Translations under genes and position numbers: made by a program
In this document: positions 62,101 to 64,000 of the stretch, one piece after another
Position numbering within the stretch: position 1 is the first letter of the stretch
Layout: each line of letters starts with the position of its first letter
Notes under the pieces: model-generated
The model's database searches: none
What the model was told of the DNA's origin: nothing
Seen by the model: only the letters and a program-made list of their open reading frames with translations
NCBI GenBank assembly: GCA_050295575.1
Contig: JBNKPX010000001.1
Span: 28,884-92,883 of the forward strand
DNA length: 64,000 nt
Direction: 5' to 3'
From: Gammaproteobacteria bacterium
Lineage (GTDB): Bacteria > Pseudomonadota > Gammaproteobacteria > GCA-001735895

Positions 62101-64000
62101 AAAATTCACACCTGATGCAGTAAAGCTCCCCCCCCCGGTATAGATATCAGCATTAATACTAACATTGCCCCCACCAATATCATCATGATTAGCGTTCAGG
62201 ACAATATTTTGTGTATCCCAAGAGGTACCGATAGTATCGAAAATGCCTGCATTGATATAGATACTATTCTTGGCATTTAATTTAATAGATGGGACAGTAG
62301 GGCTGGAATACCCACCGGTATTATTGAGCCCCCCCATTGTAGAATTATAATTATAGCCCCGATCAAAATAGATATCGTTGCCCGCATTAACGGTAATATT
62401 TCCACCAGGGTCAATCTGAGTCGTATCCGAAATTTCACTCCAGGAGTCATCATCGTTTACCCACAGCCCCCCCAGCCTGACATCACCTGTTGTTGTGGTG
62501 ATAGTGATATCGCCACCCCCATTACCGCTTGAAGTGTCAATGGTGCCATTGTTAGTATAACTGGTTGGGGTATTCCCTCCTTCGCCGCCAACAGTGAAAT
62601 CCCCACCCCTGAGATCAATATATGAATCATTTCCAATTTTAACGGACCCGTTTGCGTATAGATTGATGTTTAATGAGTCCCCCGAATAGTCAGAGTCCAA
62701 AATACCATTGTTAGATGTAAACTCAATATCGTGGTAAGCATTCAGGGTAAGTGAATTTTCTCCTGTGTTGTTGTAATCCCCTCGTCCGTTATAATCTAAA
62801 ATCGCATCAAAGATGATATCGCCATTTTGTCCACTCCCTGATGCGGTCGTCTTTATTTCTACAGAGCCGTTATTTAAACCACCTCTTATCGTGTCTACTG
62901 TAATCGTTGAATCTGTCCCGGTGTTTGATGGCGTGTAAATGGTTGGGTTGGCACCTGTGGAAGTGTCTATATTGGCTGTGTTAGTATCTTCAATTGTAAT
63001 ATCATAAGGGTCGATCAACCACAACCCACCCAGACCGTTTGAAGCCGATACATCGGGTACAACAGCTATTGAAAATCCTCTTTTCCCCGAGGTTTCAATA
63101 AAACCACCATTACCTGCTAAACTGCCACCACGGGCGAAAAGGCCGCCATAGACACGTGCTGTATCATTTGCATAAGTGATTATTTTCCCACCATCACCAG
63201 TAAATAAGGCGTCAGCAAAAGCATTGCTCCCTGAACCCAGGTAAACAAACTCGGCATTTCTAATAGCACTATTCAACCCTTCTCGGTCGCCACCTATTAA
63301 CAGCTCACCACCACCATTCGCACCACTCGCATTGACTTCGCTATTATCGAGTAGCCCTACCTTTTCACCTAGAATCTTAATCTGGCCACCAGTACCAATA
63401 TTTCCCGCCTTTGCAGAAATTGTAGCCTGCCCCTTAAGCTCTGTAGTATCGACAGCATGCAGCTCAATCATACCTGCCGAGCCTGTTGTACTATCCGCCT
63501 GAATACTACCGCTGTGTTCGATATTTTCACCCAGGATGACTACGCCGCCTGCGCCATTATCCTCAATCGAAGAAACATCGATTGAACCGGAATTCACGAC
63601 ATCCGCACCGGCGCCCAATGTAAAGGTACCATCCTCATGAACGACAACGCTGGTAGCCTGTTCGATATCACCTGAATTGACTGCCTGTGAAAAAACATCC
63701 TGACTGGTGCTACCGGTCAATAGAACCCGACCTCCTTTAGCCCTAATATCACCGCTATTTATTACCGCAGGGTCAACACCTAATTCATCCTGCAAGATAG
63801 CCTCGGTAACTTGCACACCCAGCAGGCCCTGCTGATCGAATGTCAGTACTGCAGTTTTACCTGCAGCTAGACTGATACTTCCAAGTTGCGCAGATATAAC
63901 ACCTTCATTTGAAACCTGCTTACCGATCAGTGCAACATTCCCACCAAGGGATGCATTAATAAGACCACTATTGATTATGCTGCCTTCACTACCAATAACT
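50158..64000 (-). CDS. Giant TpsA exoprotein (>4,550 aa; 5' end beyond the window). It has three regions: an N-terminal TPS secretion domain with FHA-type region, RTX-like GGxGxD repeat modules, and a C-terminal beta-helical repeat region
   Basis: The frame stays open to the window edge. The N-terminal part contains the hallmark 'RGGSLAGNGGFIETSGKRGFSI..GLGGLWLIDPYDITIED' of TPS/FHA exoproteins. The middle consists of dozens of about 55-127-aa repeats containing 'LTGG(T/S)G.D.F' motifs. TpsB is encoded directly downstream. Confidence 0.85.
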   Translation of the reverse strand, partial: VIGSEGSIINSGLINASLGGNVALIGKQVSNEGVISAQLGSISLAAGKTAVLTFDQQGLLGVQVTEAILQDELGVDPAVINSGDIRAKGGRVLLTGSTSQDVFSQAVNSGDIEQATSVVVHEDGTFTLGAGADVVNSGSIDVSSIEDNGAGGVVILGENIEHSGSIQADSTTGSAGMIELHAVDTTELKGQATISAKAGNIGTGGQIKILGEKVGLLDNSEVNASGANGGGELLIGGDREGLNSAIRNAEFVYLGSGSNAFADALFTGDGGKIITYANDTARVYGGLFARGGSLAGNGGFIETSGKRGFSIAVVPDVSASNGLGGLWLIDPYDITIEDTNTANIDTSTGANPTIYTPSNTGTDSTITVDTIRGGLNNGSVEIKTTASGSGQNGDIIFDAILDYNGRGDYNNTGENSLTLNAYHDIEFTSNNGILDSDYSGDSLNINLYANGSVKIGNDSYIDLRGGDFTVGGEGGNTPTSYTNNGTIDTSSGNGGGDITITTTTGDVRLGGLWVNDDDSWSEISDTTQIDPGGNITVNAGNDIYFDRGYNYNSTMGGLNNTGGYSSPTVPSIKLNAKNSIYINAGIFDTIGTSWDTQNIVLNANHDDIGGGNVSINADIYTGGGSFTASGVNFSSAGHIINTDYNRSEFGADSTTSPGGDVSLTMTGIATLGDIITETLSTSQTDIANDIYASCGTGVNDACGSLTVIAGGTIANNANNTLSIHGISTFTSNTPSSITLDQDNDFVGQVNVTKAQNLTLKDSSSLTLGNIDIAGALSVTATGGGITQATGTRVAVDSTSSFITSNSNSDITLNSASNDFLGAVSFSNQGDAQADIVFNNSSSTTEIGNVTVYGDLTVNAQGSLTLSGNDIHGHSDLSHGDYTTSLDFNFGLNDSDATFQLSAGSHINSTTGKGDSVNITIDGGTDNTNGTGDNTFKFISTSSISVNGTLTINGNSGADSFEIGTSLSGSVNGAAGNDTFSVRSNSINVSNIYGGAGSDTLIGSDNTNIWNITGSDSGNLNTNNVSDFQQIENLTGGSVADTFYISNGGDVTGLIDGWSDGAAGTTNDTVNLTAKSTAVTVQLDASLSTLTANVFDITNIETLTANSSKGNTLLGGDTANIWRIDGADDGAVSSTYNLATNSIPVDNKEGVIKFTNFENLTGGTGTDNFIIEDAGDVTGLIDGWSDGAAGSTNDTVNLTAKLTAVTVQLDASLSTLTANVFDIINIETLTANSSNANTLLGGDTANIWRIDGTDGGAVSSTYNLATNSIPAGNKELVTKFTNFETLTGGTNTDNFIIEDSGKVTGSIDGGSGAGVIDKITNVRTLTTHWAISGANQGTVKDTDNTTQLFSFSGIENLTGATDVADIYHAEDTFTFTGNIDGGAGTGDEIINEWSTVTNWYINGNESGKMNSFDSFSGIETLTGSNKVADTFYIQDTGIFSGTVTAGSGAGDELINGRTATTHWKITGSAQAAVKDVDNTTVLLAVSGVEKISGANDVADIFHAVDSVTFNGSIDGGTGAGDEIINEWFTATNWYIDGNESGSMNSFDSFSNIETLTGSDAVVDTFYIQDGGVFSGSIAGGTDAGNTITNQRTTKTIWNITSTNGGELQDKTTATIVKEFSDIDSLNGSGADDDFIFGSLGSVNSIVGGGGANSIQGPSTKNFWTLTNVYTGTLKDGSDTLLAGFQDIQTLKGGSSITDSLTGWNSANTWTFDGALQGHVEVTIDNSGPTNFTSMGSVTGGNLNDAFDVTADYGDLSINGGGGTNSFIFSKTDGSENAWTVDSSISGTITAATKTYTFNNISSIKGNGDPDTFTISNTSFIGKINGGLEDNTSDNQDEVSFAGLGTAYTYVMGSEPGFVNIERYGGCDQCTLEGSATGSTWNIDGVGAGTLDGARFSGFGNLLGGDGNDIFNFIGSGVGTPVYGQIDGVLEGGSGSDTINLFTAANLLDGVAPKAVTVQIDGNRDPDNLTNGWIDVSGFETINANASIDNTLRGFDLSHTWNATTTDEGTVDGTIAYTGFSSLTGGSASDTLVYAMSSAANWIISDVGKGTINAAFNFDGMENLTGVDGVNDIFKVYEGGQITGDLVGGTGGGNQLVYTGTSDWAWTISAPDEGSSTGIAHFTGIGTLTGSDNATDTFTLNSTGNISIAVNGGTSADDELISQANSTTNWIISSANNGSMDAVPSFTGIENLTGSNSAADIFTVAEGAGVSRVVTGGTSSGDTLAYSGTSTVWYWNVDTLNGGSTTGVTQFVGIESLTGSDDTLDHFTFTEVGSITGVINGGSVIGDTLAYTGKSNWAWTISSLDTGSTTGINSFVGFETLTGSNNAVDTFTLAATGGITTEINGGSGTGDELISERTVTTSWAINSDNGGTVDGVGLFTSIEKLTGSSADDNFTIVLSASIGTIDGAEGTNKLTGPNQGNDWTLTSATDGTLFDRNTSPKQLASFTNIQVIVGGSATDYLTAFDDINTWSLNSTDYRITDSVGTRLFSSMEYLIGGALDDSFQISVDVGNLDISGGNESGKDSFVFSVDDTNENLWTVNGANSGTLEAGGFIYTFREMESLKGSIKDPDSFDITSVSFISNINGGNDDNLIDNLDSVDFSSILTPFTVIMGNNAGFVNIDSYLGGSQSTLQGSNSGSTWNITGDNSGTVGGFSFSGFATLVGGSGDDTFNFQGSGASTPVYGDITGLINGGDGNDVINFYTPANLSGAAAAQSVVVEIDGTATPNKLINGHFDITGFEHVNSNNSVTNTLQGYNIGHLWTVTSVSSGNIDGTTSYSGFDSLTGGTGVDELINGTEANGFWAINDFDKGTFNTVVSFASMEKLTGAGDYNDTFTVADGGSISGEVKGGAGGNDQVLSTLTASTAWNITGTNAVTVSSTRFTGIESLKGSDSQTDTFNLQGTNANLIIDGGVNTNDEIASELIATTDWTISGPNPNSGSVSGNTFSDIENLTGADNVDDNFTVGDDGSISGEVKGGAGTVTDQVINTRAASTDWYITGTDVVTVSSSYFTSVEKLSGSDNVVDKFYLGATGGITGSIDGGLLSDDEIISQRTTSTTWNITNANVGNVTGIAKFSDIENLTGNNQNDTFNYKENASSISGMVDGGFLSVSESDSDFVDMSFMTNSIIVNLQDDFSNIERFKANGNAELIGRNTNNFWRIYNLSDPDINNPKVIVSNQGTVKDGDNFTSQFEGFNNITGGTLADNFLIEANGDIDGDIDGGTHPLDLDNNPYAIDTIDFSSQAVVDKTVATALDGVSGIRNIEGINGNGTASILRASDSGSTWIITGNNSGSVTSGTSSTSFTNFNILQGGAGVDNFEIRASGSIGSQTDADIVSRINGGAGDDKVTVNLNGDNAIIALFNGNGEVSSTGGTLAFANNSSSDSDTLIINGSIANFETATYSVDYVSKIATHLYENTTIPALASVSYTGVESVTDTVQAGNLVISGQDDNDQVTLSSDGSVGKGEFVVKNSSFQFISVAYENKTSLTVGNLGASGLITISNDFNLNTGSGFFSLSAHQIDNSGGYTLTGHSLNLDSIGVDNTTGNKLLTNVAQLSVTNSNAKIEIDEKDAISLLQTDSNDKLTVVSGGSISDTSTQALVSSGDLDLQANGSILLENSNNALTGLISFDTNSSGAVVFNNSGTSSETRLGIVDAGIYDLTVTSSNAPIVGNNKLIANNVNLGSGSYDISLLNSSNNFGSLSIGSAANVKISDFDTIQLRDIRMVGFVLNSVGVSQQTGTTLIQQSPTSGPAQDIIFNAGASSIVLGQAGNQFLGPVSLNNSGNNEVTITDTDNLVFGESHIGSGIFKVDATGIKQSGPIIQQANAAAVTINAGAGAIDLTDSGNDFSGEISLSNSEVFDVNFTNSNVIHISSASVKGTLNVISLGAYDLTQSGAISVDGATNFRVADGQSVLLNNPGNNFQNTVDVKSNSGGELQNVDITNIATLNLAALNLAGDLNIDALEASQSGVWTVAGDTIIDSTGEDVKLSTFTNDLNQIAFVDAKDVSLTDSNGVILGTNTYQSSIAGSFSVTTQSGDITENSTSSIKVDGTTILNAGSGKGNVVLGVATNDLNIVTVSKAQDVTLADANQITVNSTTINGDLDVTAVGSIDDGENGLSVAGLTLLTTTSGNDITLDNSGNRLNGQVSLNASSGSLGDVLVTNSVNTDLGGFQANNLNIFSSGNISQQGGFIVNGETRLTANSASFGPQDILLSGADANSLNQLWVENAHDVTIDNSGNDLTINKMNASGFIDITSRNLTSNIALSTSGITFNASGTATFNSSVNSTAGVDISAGGLQLNGQVTAVDDLLLTTVNNGIDQNANLTSSSGSVVLNSAADILMSDSTSTIANSGDINYTAQSNIGLELLSAPNHSISLESTNGAIGDSNGAANNLLADSLTIRSNSGIASEAQKLNTQVALMDVVNTGAGSIFIDQIGTLEIDKLQATVGSSEIFLESNTDIIVNKGSVAVNRDNGKLRMNSENGSFYGEKTIDYTNPNITANTATFFAVNGTFGSTSKPIVFDVPQSGAIFIDAKTNSIFFHPEQPDNLKTTGLDISSLGVIQAISGEQLVEIESLGDIDPAIFTELRNYSSVDISIRMPRDQLYDDELREDDQEEDTTVSVAF
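60140..60900. repeat. near-identical about 381-bp tandem duplication (x2) inside tpsA
   Basis: For example, 60241-60480 matches 60623-60860 with an offset of about 381 nt at over 95% identity. It corresponds to duplicated 127-aa modules '..NDTVNLTAK(S/L)TAVTVQLDASLSTLTANVFDI..'. Confidence 0.75.

Noticed and set aside
50158-63816. Numerous 60-280-aa ORFs on the plus strand inside tpsA (for example 60023..60874, 56753..57136 and 57353..57715)
   Set aside because: These are antisense reading frames through a long, repetitive, biased-composition gene. Their repetition mirrors the tpsA repeats, and they have no RBS or independent support.
48098-64000. Contact-dependent growth inhibition (CdiB/CdiA/CdiI) system
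   Set aside because: The TpsA C-terminus has no VENN motif or polymorphic toxin domain. The downstream gene is the TpsB transporter rather than a small immunity gene. The order is A then B, not cdiBAI.

Overview
This 64-kb window appears to come from a Gram-negative, probably gammaproteobacterial, chromosome of moderate-to-low GC. The organism call rests on YoaA- and PBP1B-like housekeeping genes, a Pseudomonas-style LpoP-like lipoprotein beside mrcB, T6SS genes and a two-partner secretion pair.

Positions 1-27,300 are mostly core genes: a PLP-dependent decarboxylase, the yoaA helicase, mrcB with an overlapping TPR lipoprotein, DAHP synthase, a PfkB kinase, an aldehyde dehydrogenase plus acetolactate-synthase-like operon, a rubrerythrin / Fe-S(CCG) / DUF3501 / YaiI operon, a CPA2 antiporter followed by two DUF2132 paralogues, a hybrid sensor kinase with a COG2984 binding protein, and an HPP protein.

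From about 27,300 onward the window looks accessory:
- A family of roughly 210-800-bp repeat elements built from 'cacgaag' heptamers sits in intergenic DNA and brackets cysG plus an unknown 372-aa gene.
- A Sel1 / MoxR-AAA / VWA-metallopeptidase operon follows.
- Next is a trkH gene followed by a truncated kdpD and kdpE, then an SLC13 transporter.
- A 1.2-kb non-coding gap carries an IS66-family transposase remnant.
- An orphan T6SS island runs hcp - vgrG - 184-aa unknown - DUF2169 - short DUF4150 PAAR-like protein - 420-aa HEAT-repeat protein.
- A two-partner secretion locus lies beside it: a ShlB/FhaC-type TpsB plus a TpsA exoprotein of more than 4,550 aa that runs off the window edge. The TpsA carries dozens of RTX-like GGxGxD repeats and a recent 381-bp tandem duplication.

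No rRNA, tRNA, CRISPR array or prophage was recognised. The most novel-looking items are the T6SS cargo module with unassigned proteins, the heptamer-based repeat family, and the MoxR/VWA/Sel1 triad.
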